Source: Candidatus Latescibacterota bacterium | GTDB taxonomy: Bacteria; Latescibacterota; UBA2968; UBA8231 | Direction: 5' to 3' | NCBI GenBank assembly: GCA_965203175.1 | Contig: OZ241867.1 | Span: 2,368,001 to 2,432,000, forward strand | Length of the DNA stretch: 64,000 bases | In this document: positions 55,350-64,000 of the stretch, in pieces | Layout of the letters: each line of letters opens with the position of its first letter | Numbering within the stretch: the stretch's first letter is position 1 | Position numbers and translations under genes: made by a program | Notes under the pieces: generated by a model | Databases searched by the model: none | Seen by the model: the letters and a program-made list of their open reading frames with translations, nothing else | What the model was told of the DNA's origin: nothing

Positions 55350-56444
55350 ATGGCCCCGTACAAAGTAGCTATCTTGGGCACTGGCATGGTCGCCAACGTC
55401 GGTCACATCCCCGCTTGGCTGGAGTTGGCTCCGGCCGTAGAAGTGGTTGGCGCGTTCAATCATACCTTGGCCAAGGCTCAACAGACCGCCGACCGCTACA
55501 ACATCCCCCATGCGTACGACGACTTTGAACTCATGATGAACGAGTTGCACCCCGATATCGTCTGCGTCTGCACTCCCAATGTCTCGCACCGCACCTACAC
55601 CGAAGCCGCCCTCCAGGCCGGTGCCCACGTCTTTTGCGAAAAACCCGTAGCGGCCAGCTACGCCGATGCAGTGGTCATGTACGCGGCGGCCGAGGCCGCT
55701 GGCCGCCATCTATTTGTCACCCAGACGAGCCGTTTCTCTGGAACTAATACCGCTGCTAAGCAACTGGCGGATAGCGGGCACTTGGGCGAGATGTACTATG
55801 CTGAAACCTCGGCCTTCCGCCGCCGTGGCGTGCCCACTTGGGGCCGCTTCCACATGAAAGAAGCCTCGGGCGGCGGTCCGCTCTACGACATTGGCGTCCA
55901 CGCGCTCGACGCCCTGCTGTGGATTATGGGCAATCCCAAAGTGGTGGCTGCCTCGGGCGCGACGTATACCAAACTGGCCGACCAGCGCGAAGACGTGGTC
56001 ACGTCGCTGGCTGACAGCGGCGCGCCGGAGGGCGTGTTCGCACCCCGGGACTACGACATCGGCGAGTACGATGTGGAGGATATGGCCGCTGGCTTTTTGC
56101 GCTTGGAAAACGGTGCTACCATAAGCATTCGGTCCAGTTGGGCGGCTAATTTACCCGACGGCACTGGCGGCACCCTCATCATGGGCACCAAGGGCGGACT
56201 CACGTTTAATCCGCTCACTTTTATCGGCACTTTGGGCCGCTATCAGGCCGACACCCGGCTCAACGTGCCACCCGACCCCTCGGTTCCCTTCTCGGGTCAC
56301 TGGAAAGCCGCGGCCCACTTCGTCGAGGTGCTTGAGGGCCGGGCCGAGTTGATGGTAAAAAAAGAGGAAGTGCTCAACGTCATGGCCGCCCTCGACGGGC
56401 TGTACCGCTCAGCCGCCGAGGGCGGAGAAGTGAGGATAGGCTGA
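55350..56444 (+). CDS. Gfo/Idh/MocA family oxidoreductase
   Basis: GTGMVA, HVFCEKP, GGGPLYDIGVH, DVED. Confidence 0.92.
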   Translation: MAPYKVAILGTGMVANVGHIPAWLELAPAVEVVGAFNHTLAKAQQTADRYNIPHAYDDFELMMNELHPDIVCVCTPNVSHRTYTEAALQAGAHVFCEKPVAASYADAVVMYAAAEAAGRHLFVTQTSRFSGTNTAAKQLADSGHLGEMYYAETSAFRRRGVPTWGRFHMKEASGGGPLYDIGVHALDALLWIMGNPKVVAASGATYTKLADQREDVVTSLADSGAPEGVFAPRDYDIGEYDVEDMAAGFLRLENGATISIRSSWAANLPDGTGGTLIMGTKGGLTFNPLTFIGTLGRYQADTRLNVPPDPSVPFSGHWKAAAHFVEVLEGRAELMVKKEEVLNVMAALDGLYRSAAEGGEVRIG

Positions 56445-57757
56445 TGACCCGACTAAGCGATGCGGCTCTGCAGGATTTTATCATTCAGGGATACCGCGTG
56501 GTGCAACCGACCGCGACTGAGGACCTGCACGGCGAATTGCACCGCCAGGTCGAGCGCGTGCTCGCCACGGGCAATCCGGGCAACGGCCTGATAGATCGCA
56601 TTCCCCTATTGCACCAGTTGTTCGCCGATCCGGCAATAGATGCGGCCTTGACCGGCATTCTGGGGCCTGGGTACGCCCTCTGCCGCCATTGCCACTGCCA
56701 CGATCTCGCGCTGGGTACCCAAGCCCAGAATTGGCACAAGGATTATCCTTTCGGCGGCAATGTGCGCTACCACCGCCCGCGCTACGTCCTGCTGCTGTAC
56801 TATCCGCACGAGGTGACGCCGGATATGGGGCCTACCGCGCTGGTGCCCGGGACGCAGTACTATATGGATGATCCCGACGCTGAGGTCGAAGGGGTGGCTC
56901 TTACTTGCGCGGCGGGCACTGTGGTCATCACCCACTACGAAATATGGCACCGGGCCACGACCAATCGCTCGACCCGGACGCGCTATATGCTGAAGTTCCT
57001 CTTTACCCGCACCCAAGAGTGCACGCCAGAACAGCGCAGCCGGTGGATGCCGATAGGACGCCATGCAGCTTTGTATCGCACGCTGTGGCGCTGGTACGGG
57101 GGGCAGGCTCCCGCCTTGAGGCCGCAGCGGTCGGTGGCTGCCTTGCAGGCCGCTTTGCAGGATCCCGATGAACGGGTGCGGATAGATGCCTATTACGACT
57201 TGGGGGCGCTGGGAGCCGAAGGGGTGCAGGTATTGATGGCAGCGCTAAAAGACGAGTCTGCCCGGCGTTGGCAAACCAATCTCGAGCGCGGCGATTTTAC
57301 CAATCCCAGCCAGTTGGAAAGCTCCTACGGGCTAGCCGCGGCCGGTGCTGTTGCGGTGCCCGCGCTCGTCGAGGCGTTGCAGGATGGGGACTGGTGGCTG
57401 CGCGCCGGGGCAGCTAGCGCCTTAGGTTGTATGGGTGCCGAGGCTCAGGGGGCGGCCACGGCCCTTGCCGAAGCATTGCAGGACGACAGCGAATGGGTCT
57501 GCCGCAATGCCGCCGATGCCTTGAGCAACATGGGCCAGGTGCCGGCGGCGGTACCAGCTTTGACACAGGCGCTGGACGATAGCCGCGCGATGACGCCTTG
57601 GTCTCTGTCTGATGCGCCGCTGTGCGAAAATGCGGCTATGGCCTTGGCCAAATGGCGCGCGCCGACAGCAGCGGTATCAGCCCTGCAACGGGCGCGCCAG
57701 CAGGGCAACGAATACGTGCGATCCTGGGCCGAATGGGCGTTGGACCGACGCTTTTAG
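56444..57757 (+). CDS. PhyH-like dioxygenase fused to HEAT repeats
   Basis: WHKD, MGPT...PGTQY, IWHRA, followed by AVPALVEALQD-type repeats. Confidence 0.88.
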   Translation: MTRLSDAALQDFIIQGYRVVQPTATEDLHGELHRQVERVLATGNPGNGLIDRIPLLHQLFADPAIDAALTGILGPGYALCRHCHCHDLALGTQAQNWHKDYPFGGNVRYHRPRYVLLLYYPHEVTPDMGPTALVPGTQYYMDDPDAEVEGVALTCAAGTVVITHYEIWHRATTNRSTRTRYMLKFLFTRTQECTPEQRSRWMPIGRHAALYRTLWRWYGGQAPALRPQRSVAALQAALQDPDERVRIDAYYDLGALGAEGVQVLMAALKDESARRWQTNLERGDFTNPSQLESSYGLAAAGAVAVPALVEALQDGDWWLRAGAASALGCMGAEAQGAATALAEALQDDSEWVCRNAADALSNMGQVPAAVPALTQALDDSRAMTPWSLSDAPLCENAAMALAKWRAPTAAVSALQRARQQGNEYVRSWAEWALDRRF

Positions 57758-57769
57758 GAGGAGAGGGGC

Positions 57770-59197
57770 ATGGAAGCCGAAAAATACTTGCTCAGCGACG
57801 CCGAGATGCAGCAGTTCATCGCCCAAGGCTACGTTCAGGTGCAGGCGGATTTCTCGGGCGATTTTCACGCCGAAGTATGCCGCCAAATCGACGCGGTGCT
57901 GGAAGCCGAAGGCAACCCGGGCAACAATATCGCGCCGCGCATCCCCGCCATCGCCCAAGTTTTTGCACACCCCGCGGTGCGCGGAGCACTGACCAGTATT
58001 CTGGGCGCGGGCTATCTGATGCATCCACACCGCTACTGCCACCTCAATTCTCCCGGCAGCGACGGCCAGACTTGGCACAAGGACGACTATATCTTCGACC
58101 AGAATATCCGCTATCACCGCTGCCGCTGGGTCATGGCCTTTTACTACCCGCAGGACGTCACCCCAGACATGGGCCCCACCGGCGTGATGCCGGGGCGGCA
58201 GTGGTACAACGGGATCTCCAGTACTGATCCGGAACAAGCGACAGAGAACGAACTGGGCTTGTGCGGCCCGGCCGGCACGGTGTCTATCGTCAATTTCGAT
58301 AGCTGGCACCGGGCCACGGCCAATCGCTCGGACAAAAGGCGCTACATGCTCAAATACCAGTTCACTCGCATGGCAGAGCCAGAGGCACCGACGTGGAATA
58401 ACGAGGTGCCCCACTGGCAGTCGCTCGACGGCGACCCACACCCAGAATTGTCGCGGCACGTGTGGGACTGGTTGTGTGGTCGATTGTGTGATCGACCGGC
58501 AGCGAGCAACGGCAGCGCGAGTTGGGAGGATTTGAGTGCTGATTCGGAAACGACCCGCTTGCAAGCGATCTACAATTTGGGAGGAGACCAAGTAGAAGGG
58601 CTGATCGAGGACATGCGGAGCCAAGCCCAGGACCAAGTCAAGACCAATCTGGCCCATTCGCCGACCAATCCCCAGGGCGGTAATCCGGGCGAAGTGGGGC
58701 CGGTACACGCCTTGGCCGCCTTGAGTGCGGACGCTTTGGACGGACTATTGGACGCGGCCCAGCAGGGGCCTTGGCCCGATCGGGCGGCGGCAATGGGCGC
58801 CTTGGCCACTATGGGCAAGGAAGCGGCTGCGGCCGTGCCGGTATTGCAGGCGGCCTTGAGCGACGATGTTATGTGGGTGCGGCGCAATGCCGCCGAGGCT
58901 TTGGGAATCATTGGGTCGGCGGCAGTATCAACGGCCCCGGATCTCGCCCGTGCTATAGGCGACGAGGTGGAGTTGGTGCGGCGCAATGCCGCCTTTGCCC
59001 TGAGCAAGATGGCACCTCCCGACGACGAGTTGGTACCGCCGGTGGCTCGCGCGCTGGCCGATCCAAATCGCTATACGCGCTACTGTGCCAGCACTGCTTT
59101 GCGCAAGATCGGGACTGCCCAAGCCCGCCGCGCCTTGGTCGAAGCGTTGGAGCCGGCCCGCTGGTGCGCCGTTACTTCGTCGTCCACGCACTATTGA
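57770..59197 (+). CDS. PhyH-like dioxygenase fused to HEAT repeats (paralogue)
   Basis: WHKD, MGPT, SWHRA, followed by VRRNAAEALG-type repeats. Confidence 0.88.
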   Translation: MEAEKYLLSDAEMQQFIAQGYVQVQADFSGDFHAEVCRQIDAVLEAEGNPGNNIAPRIPAIAQVFAHPAVRGALTSILGAGYLMHPHRYCHLNSPGSDGQTWHKDDYIFDQNIRYHRCRWVMAFYYPQDVTPDMGPTGVMPGRQWYNGISSTDPEQATENELGLCGPAGTVSIVNFDSWHRATANRSDKRRYMLKYQFTRMAEPEAPTWNNEVPHWQSLDGDPHPELSRHVWDWLCGRLCDRPAASNGSASWEDLSADSETTRLQAIYNLGGDQVEGLIEDMRSQAQDQVKTNLAHSPTNPQGGNPGEVGPVHALAALSADALDGLLDAAQQGPWPDRAAAMGALATMGKEAAAAVPVLQAALSDDVMWVRRNAAEALGIIGSAAVSTAPDLARAIGDEVELVRRNAAFALSKMAPPDDELVPPVARALADPNRYTRYCASTALRKIGTAQARRALVEALEPARWCAVTSSSTHY

Positions 59198-59207
59198 GGA
59201 GCTATTA

Positions 59208-61886
59208 ATGAACGCGGTTTTTTCCTTTAGCGAAGTAGCCCGGCTGCCCATGCCTGGGGACAACGTGGCCATTGCTACTCGACGTCTAGAAGCGGGCACG
59301 GGCATTGACTACGATGGACGGTCGTTCACTTTGTCGCACACGGTGATGGAGGGACATCGCTTTGCCGTCGAGCCGATTGAATCCGGCCAGTTCCTGCTGT
59401 CGTGGCAACTACCCTTTGGCGTGGCTGAGCGCTCGCTGAAGCCGGGCGACTACGCCTGCAACCAGAGTATGCTCGACGCCTTGGGTATCCGGCAGTTGGA
59501 CTTCGACCTGCCCGAGCTGGCCAATTTTGTCGATCGCATTGAGCCGTATCAACTAGATCCGGCGAATTTTCAGCCCGGGGTTGCGCTCGATCCGCATGAG
59601 GAGCGGCGGACCTTTCTCGGCTATGGCCGCGCTGGGGGACGGGGCGTGGGTACGCGCAATTACATCGTCGTCTTGGGCACGTCCTCGCGCACGGCTAGTT
59701 ATGCCCGACTGTTGGCCGAGCGCTGGAGTGGCCGGCCGGCTGGCGATGGCGTGGTGCCGATTGCCCACACCGAGGGCGGCGGCGGATCCGATCCCAATAA
59801 CCGCGAACTCTTATTGCGTACGCTGGCTGGCTTTGTCGTCCATCCCAATGTCGGTGCCGTGCTGGCGGTGGACTACGGCAGCGAAGCCGTGACCAACGAG
59901 ATGCTGCGGGAGTACATGGTGGCGCACGGCTATGCCCTCGACCATGTCCGGCACTGCTTTATGAGCTTGGACGGTTCCTTTGCGGCGCGTTTGGCAGAGG
60001 GCGAGCGGCAAGTGGCCGCTTGGGCCGAGGAAATGGTCGGCGAGGAGCGGGGCGAGCACGACTTAAGCCATCTCAAGATCGCCTTGCAGTGCGGCGGCTC
60101 GGACGCCTTTTCGGGCATTTCGGGGAATCCGCTAGCCGCTTGGGTGGCGCGCGAGTTGATTCGCTACGGCGGCGCGGCCAACCTCGCCGAGACCGACGAG
60201 CTGATCGGTGCCGAACCGTACGTGCTGCAAAACGTCAAGGATGTGGAGACAGCGCGCACCTTTTTGCACATGGTCGAGCGCTTCAAGGAGCGGGTGTCGT
60301 GGCACGGTGCCTCAGCCGAGGGCAATCCCTCGGGGGGCAACAAATTTCGCGGTCTGTACAATATCGCGCTCAAGTCCATTGGCGCGGCGCGCAAGCGCGA
60401 CCCGGACGTGCGCTTGGACTACGCCATTGAGTACAGCGAGCCGCTCAAAGGGACTGGTTTCTACTTTATGGACAGTCCGGGCAATGACTTGGAAAGCATT
60501 GCTGGGCAGGTGGCCAGCGGCTGCAACGCCATTTTCTTTGTTACAGGCAACGGTTCCATTACCAATTTTCCCTTTGTGCCGACCATCAAAATCGTCACCA
60601 CCTCGGAGCGCTACCAATTGCTGGCTGAGGATCTCGATGTCAATGCCGGAGCCTACTTGGATGGCACGCCGATGGACGAATTGGGCCAAGAGCTATTCGA
60701 GCGCACCTTGCGGGTGGCCTCGGGCGAGCGCTCACTGGGCGAGCGGGCCGGCCACGCCCAAGTGTCCATCTGGCGCAATTGGCAACAGACCGATATCAGC
60801 CGGTTAGAGGAACTGTTGGCCGCTCCTGTACCCGAGGGGCGGCCTGTGCCGGTGCGACCGGAGGTTGGGCCAGCGGTGTCGTTTCCCATGCTGGACGGGG
60901 CTATCGATCAGGTGGGGCTGGTTTTGCCCACCAGCCTGTGCGCTGGCCAGATCGCCCGCATGTGCGCCGAGCGGCTCAATACCCGGCAAGTGGGCCGCGA
61001 GCAGGGCCTGTCGCGCTTTGTCGCCTTGGTCCACACCGAGGGCTGTGGGCTGTCGTCGAGCGGTGCCACCGAGCAAATGCACTTGCGCACCATGATGGGG
61101 TACGCAGCGCATCCGCTGGCTCGGCGCGTTTTGCTGCTGGAGCACGGCTGCGAAAAGACGCATAACGATTACATGCGCAACGGCCTTGAGGAGTGGGGTT
61201 TGGACCCGGCTGTTTTTGGCTGGGCGTCGGTGCAGTTGGACGGCGGCATTGTCAAGGCCATGGACAAGGTCGAGGGGTGGTTTCGCCAAGCGCTGGCCGA
61301 GACGGAAGCGCCTGTCGCTGTGGAAGGTGGCTTGGGTGCCTTGCGCTTGGGGATGCAGGCGACTGGTGAGTTGGGGGAGGATGCGGCGCAATCTTTTGCC
61401 CAATTGACGCGCTGGGTAGTGACCGCGGGTGGCACTGTGGTCGTGCCACACAACGCGTCCCTGCTGCGGGAACCGGCGTATTTGGACTCCGTGTTAGTCC
61501 AGCCGTCGAACGCCGCGACGTTGCCCTATGGACAGGCGGCCGTGGAGCCGGGTTTTTACGTCATGGAGACGCCGACCGACCACTGGGTAGAGACGGCTAC
61601 CGGACTGGGTGCTACGGGCGTGGACTTGATCTTGGCCCATACTGGCGAGCATCCTCTACAGGGGCATCCCTTGATGCCGGTGGTGCAGGTGAGTGCGAAT
61701 CCGACGGTGGCGGCGCTCTACGGCGATGATATTGATTTGGCTCTGACGGGTGTGGCTGACGATTGGGCAGAGGAACTGGCCGCTTTGTTGGCCCAAGTGG
61801 CGCGAGGCGAGCACGTCCCCGGTGCTTTGCAGCAGCGCAACGTCGATTTTCAACTGACGCGGGGTTTGTTGGGGGTTTCGACCTGA
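59208..61886 (+). CDS. UxaA/GarD family sugar-acid dehydratase with internal duplication
   Basis: DNVAIA (SAF domain), VGTRNY, HPNVG, LQCGGSD, KSIGA; a second HTEGCG...HP...GCEK module follows. Confidence 0.88.
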   Translation: MNAVFSFSEVARLPMPGDNVAIATRRLEAGTGIDYDGRSFTLSHTVMEGHRFAVEPIESGQFLLSWQLPFGVAERSLKPGDYACNQSMLDALGIRQLDFDLPELANFVDRIEPYQLDPANFQPGVALDPHEERRTFLGYGRAGGRGVGTRNYIVVLGTSSRTASYARLLAERWSGRPAGDGVVPIAHTEGGGGSDPNNRELLLRTLAGFVVHPNVGAVLAVDYGSEAVTNEMLREYMVAHGYALDHVRHCFMSLDGSFAARLAEGERQVAAWAEEMVGEERGEHDLSHLKIALQCGGSDAFSGISGNPLAAWVARELIRYGGAANLAETDELIGAEPYVLQNVKDVETARTFLHMVERFKERVSWHGASAEGNPSGGNKFRGLYNIALKSIGAARKRDPDVRLDYAIEYSEPLKGTGFYFMDSPGNDLESIAGQVASGCNAIFFVTGNGSITNFPFVPTIKIVTTSERYQLLAEDLDVNAGAYLDGTPMDELGQELFERTLRVASGERSLGERAGHAQVSIWRNWQQTDISRLEELLAAPVPEGRPVPVRPEVGPAVSFPMLDGAIDQVGLVLPTSLCAGQIARMCAERLNTRQVGREQGLSRFVALVHTEGCGLSSSGATEQMHLRTMMGYAAHPLARRVLLLEHGCEKTHNDYMRNGLEEWGLDPAVFGWASVQLDGGIVKAMDKVEGWFRQALAETEAPVAVEGGLGALRLGMQATGELGEDAAQSFAQLTRWVVTAGGTVVVPHNASLLREPAYLDSVLVQPSNAATLPYGQAAVEPGFYVMETPTDHWVETATGLGATGVDLILAHTGEHPLQGHPLMPVVQVSANPTVAALYGDDIDLALTGVADDWAEELAALLAQVARGEHVPGALQQRNVDFQLTRGLLGVST

Positions 61887-61908
61887 GTGGCGCAAAGCGG
61901 AGCGACTG

Positions 61909-62622
61909 CTAGGAAACCGCCTCCAAGCAGAGAGTGGCCCAGTTCTGGAAGAAGGTTCGTCCGTTGGCGTGGAGGGCGGGCAAGTGCTGGGCCGCGTCGG
62001 CTTTGATTTGCTCGCCGTCTAGTTCCTCCCCGCGCACTTCATCGGCAAAAACTCGGACCAGATCGGCGATAATTTGCGTGGTAACTTCCATGTGGAAGAG
62101 GAGTCCATACGCCGTCTGGCCATAGGAAAACGCTTGGTAGGTAGTGAGGGCAGAGGAGGCTAGCGCAGTAGCGCCCTTGGGCAGATCGAAGATGTCGCCG
62201 TGCCAGTGAAAGCCCATAAAAGAGGGTGCCAACTCGCCCATCAGCGGGTCTTCGCTGGCGGCGGGCTTCAGCTCAATAGGATACCAGCCGATTTCTTTCT
62301 GCGGACCGCGGGCGACCCGAGCACCAAGAGCCGTGGCCAAAAGCTGGCTGCCTAGGCAGACGCCGAGTACGGGTTTGTCTTCTTTTAGGGCTTGGTCAAT
62401 AAGGCGTATAGCCGCGTCTATAAACGGGTAGCGGTCATGTTCGTACACGCCCATCGGACCCCCCATGACCACTAGGCCGGCGGTCCCGTCCATGTAGCGG
62501 GGAACCTCTTCGCCGGCAAAGGTGTGTATGTAGGTAGGAGCGAGACCGCAGCCTTGGAACACTTGGCCGGCGATCCCCAAGTTTTCTGGCTGTGCGTTTT
62601 GCAGGACCCATATTTTGTTCAT
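61909..62622 (-). CDS. Class I glutamine amidotransferase-like protein
   Basis: MGGPM, GVCLGSQ, WHGD and FHME motifs. Confidence 0.92.
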   Translation of the reverse strand: MNKIWVLQNAQPENLGIAGQVFQGCGLAPTYIHTFAGEEVPRYMDGTAGLVVMGGPMGVYEHDRYPFIDAAIRLIDQALKEDKPVLGVCLGSQLLATALGARVARGPQKEIGWYPIELKPAASEDPLMGELAPSFMGFHWHGDIFDLPKGATALASSALTTYQAFSYGQTAYGLLFHMEVTTQIIADLVRVFADEVRGEELDGEQIKADAAQHLPALHANGRTFFQNWATLCLEAVS

Positions 62623-62659
62623 TGACCGACCTCTTCTACAGTAAAATAATTCATAGCCA

Positions 62660-62740
62660 CTACCGACTTTGCTTGTTGTTTATGGCCAGTTTGGCTAGGG
62701 TAATGATGGGCGAGGCATTGAGTACCCAACCATCACTCAC
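62660..62740 (-). pseudogene. Truncated DUF3368/PIN-type toxin N-terminus
   Basis: GTG overlapping the upstream gene: VSDGWVLNASPIITLAKL, then a stop after 26 codons at a GGTAGTGG motif. Confidence 0.7.
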
Positions 62741-62984
62741 GGTCCACTTCCTCCGCTATTTCATCTATACTGTACTGGAATACGGAGACTTCGAATCGGC
62801 CTAGTGCCGAGATGAATTCGCTGCGGGATAAACCCGAAATTTCGGCCGCTCGGCTTTGAGACACTAGCCCCATCTCGTACCATTTCACAGCGGCAGCCAA
62901 ACGCAACTCTTGGGTGAACCGCTCGGGATCTTTCCGTACCGACGAAAGCACATCCTCTGGCAATTCAAAAGTAACTGTTACCAT
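62733..62984 (-). CDS. UPF0175 family antitoxin-like protein
   Basis: LRLAAAVKWYEMGLVSQSRAAEISGLSRSEF. AGGAG RBS. Confidence 0.85.
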   Translation of the reverse strand: MVTVTFELPEDVLSSVRKDPERFTQELRLAAAVKWYEMGLVSQSRAAEISGLSRSEFISALGRFEVSVFQYSIDEIAEEVDRE

Positions 62985-63049
62985 AGCATTTTCTCCTGAT
63001 TGAGCCAGATATAGACTTGTGGAGCGCGATTTTCCGAAAATCAGATCGT

Positions 63050-63217
63050 TCAATCGTCTCTCGTCTGTTTATCTAAAATATATGCCTTAATCTGTCCCCA
63101 AGACCTAGATTCCCCAACGGCAATTTTCCCCTCAGTGCCGCAGTTACCGCGGGGCGGATCGTCAATCCAGCGGATAATCTTCCACAAGCTTCTTCTCCAA
63201 TAAAACGGATGAGACAC
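63050..63217 (-). pseudogene. Probable orphan C-terminal fragment of a secreted protein
   Basis: 55-codon frame reading ...WKIIRWIDDP...AVGESRSWGQIKAY... Confidence 0.45.
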
Positions 63218-63225
63218 CTCGTCTA

Positions 63226-63888
63226 TCACCGCTTCCGCGCCAGCGTCAACCCGTCGCCAATCGACAGCAGGGACGCGGTCACGCGCTCGTCGGCGTGGAT
63301 TTTGGCGTTGAGTGCACGGATCGCTACGGTGCTCTCGGTCTGCTCATTGGCATCGGCGGGCCGTCCGCCCCATAGCACGTTGTCGATTAGGATCAATCCG
63401 CCTGGGCGCAAGAGTTGCAGACAGCGCTCGTAGTAGGCGTCGTAATTTTCCTTGTCTGCGTCGATAAAGGCCATGTCGAAGCAACCCGCTTCCCCGGCCG
63501 CGAGTATTCCGTCAAGAGTTGCTACTGCTGGTCCTAACCGCAATTCAATCTTGTCGGCCACGCCGGCTTCCCGCCAATAGCGCCGAGCGATGCTGGTAAA
63601 CTCGTCGCTGACGTCGCAGGCGATTAGACGCCCATCCGCTGGCAGGGCCAGCGCCATGGCGATGCTGCTGTAGCCAGTAAAGGTTCCCACTTCGACGATC
63701 CGCTTGGCGTCGATCAGTTCGACGAGCAGCCCCATGAACTGACCCTGATCGGGCGAGATCTGCATGCCGCCCATGGGCATGGCCCGGGTCTCCTGCCGCA
63801 ACCGCTTGAGCGCGTCTCGGTCGCGCAGCGAGTTGGCGAGGATGTAGTCGTAAATATGCGTTTCGATAAAACCGTTGCGGGAACTCAT
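63226..63888 (-). CDS. O-methyltransferase family 3 (caffeoyl-CoA OMT-like)
   Basis: MQISPDQGQF, EVGTFTGYS, FIDADKENY, DNVLWGG. Confidence 0.93.
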   Translation of the reverse strand: MSSRNGFIETHIYDYILANSLRDRDALKRLRQETRAMPMGGMQISPDQGQFMGLLVELIDAKRIVEVGTFTGYSSIAMALALPADGRLIACDVSDEFTSIARRYWREAGVADKIELRLGPAVATLDGILAAGEAGCFDMAFIDADKENYDAYYERCLQLLRPGGLILIDNVLWGGRPADANEQTESTVAIRALNAKIHADERVTASLLSIGDGLTLARKR

Positions 63889-64000
63889 GGGCCGACCTTT
63901 CGCAAAAGAGGATGCAGGAAGTCGCGCCAAAGTAAGCGGATGTTGAGCGCAGCACAACTTGCCGACTGTTTGCTGAATTAAGATTGGAGTTTGGGATTTT

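Overview
GC-rich bacterial chromosome window. The gene content suggests a Latescibacterota/Poribacteria-like marine or sponge-associated lineage; this is inference from five PhyH dioxygenases, PhyH-HEAT fusions, Gfo/Idh/MocA oxidoreductases and an SWGxIK-type C-terminus. The core and catabolic genes are pepA, M19 and M32 peptidases, glgP, folD, serS, a 9-gene Mrp Na+/H+ antiporter operon, gntK, hflX, an ECF sigma/anti-sigma/DUF4252 operon and a UxaA-type dehydratase. Between glgP and folD (about 10.8-21.7 kb) lies a layered accessory/defence island. It contains an IS5/IS903-group element splitting an AT-rich gene, a UDG-superfamily gene, a split higA with a RelE-HTH toxin-antitoxin (TA) pair inside it, and several IS1-like ends. 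It also contains a transposase-less 1263-bp cassette (28-bp TIRs, 8-bp TSD) carrying two small ORFs and three predicted RNA structures, and a displaced allele of the folD 3' end. The best candidate for an undescribed system is a Type IIG/ISP-like restriction-modification enzyme whose C-terminus is fused in frame to a MazE-type antitoxin tail and overlaps a PemK/MazF toxin gene. Other notable items are a likely bacterial homologue of animal OSGIN1/2, a histidine kinase lacking its phosphoacceptor His, and an apparent CCWG-to-CTWG mutational bias in resident genes. No rRNA, tRNA or CRISPR array was seen. Family calls come from motif recognition by eye; no searches were run.
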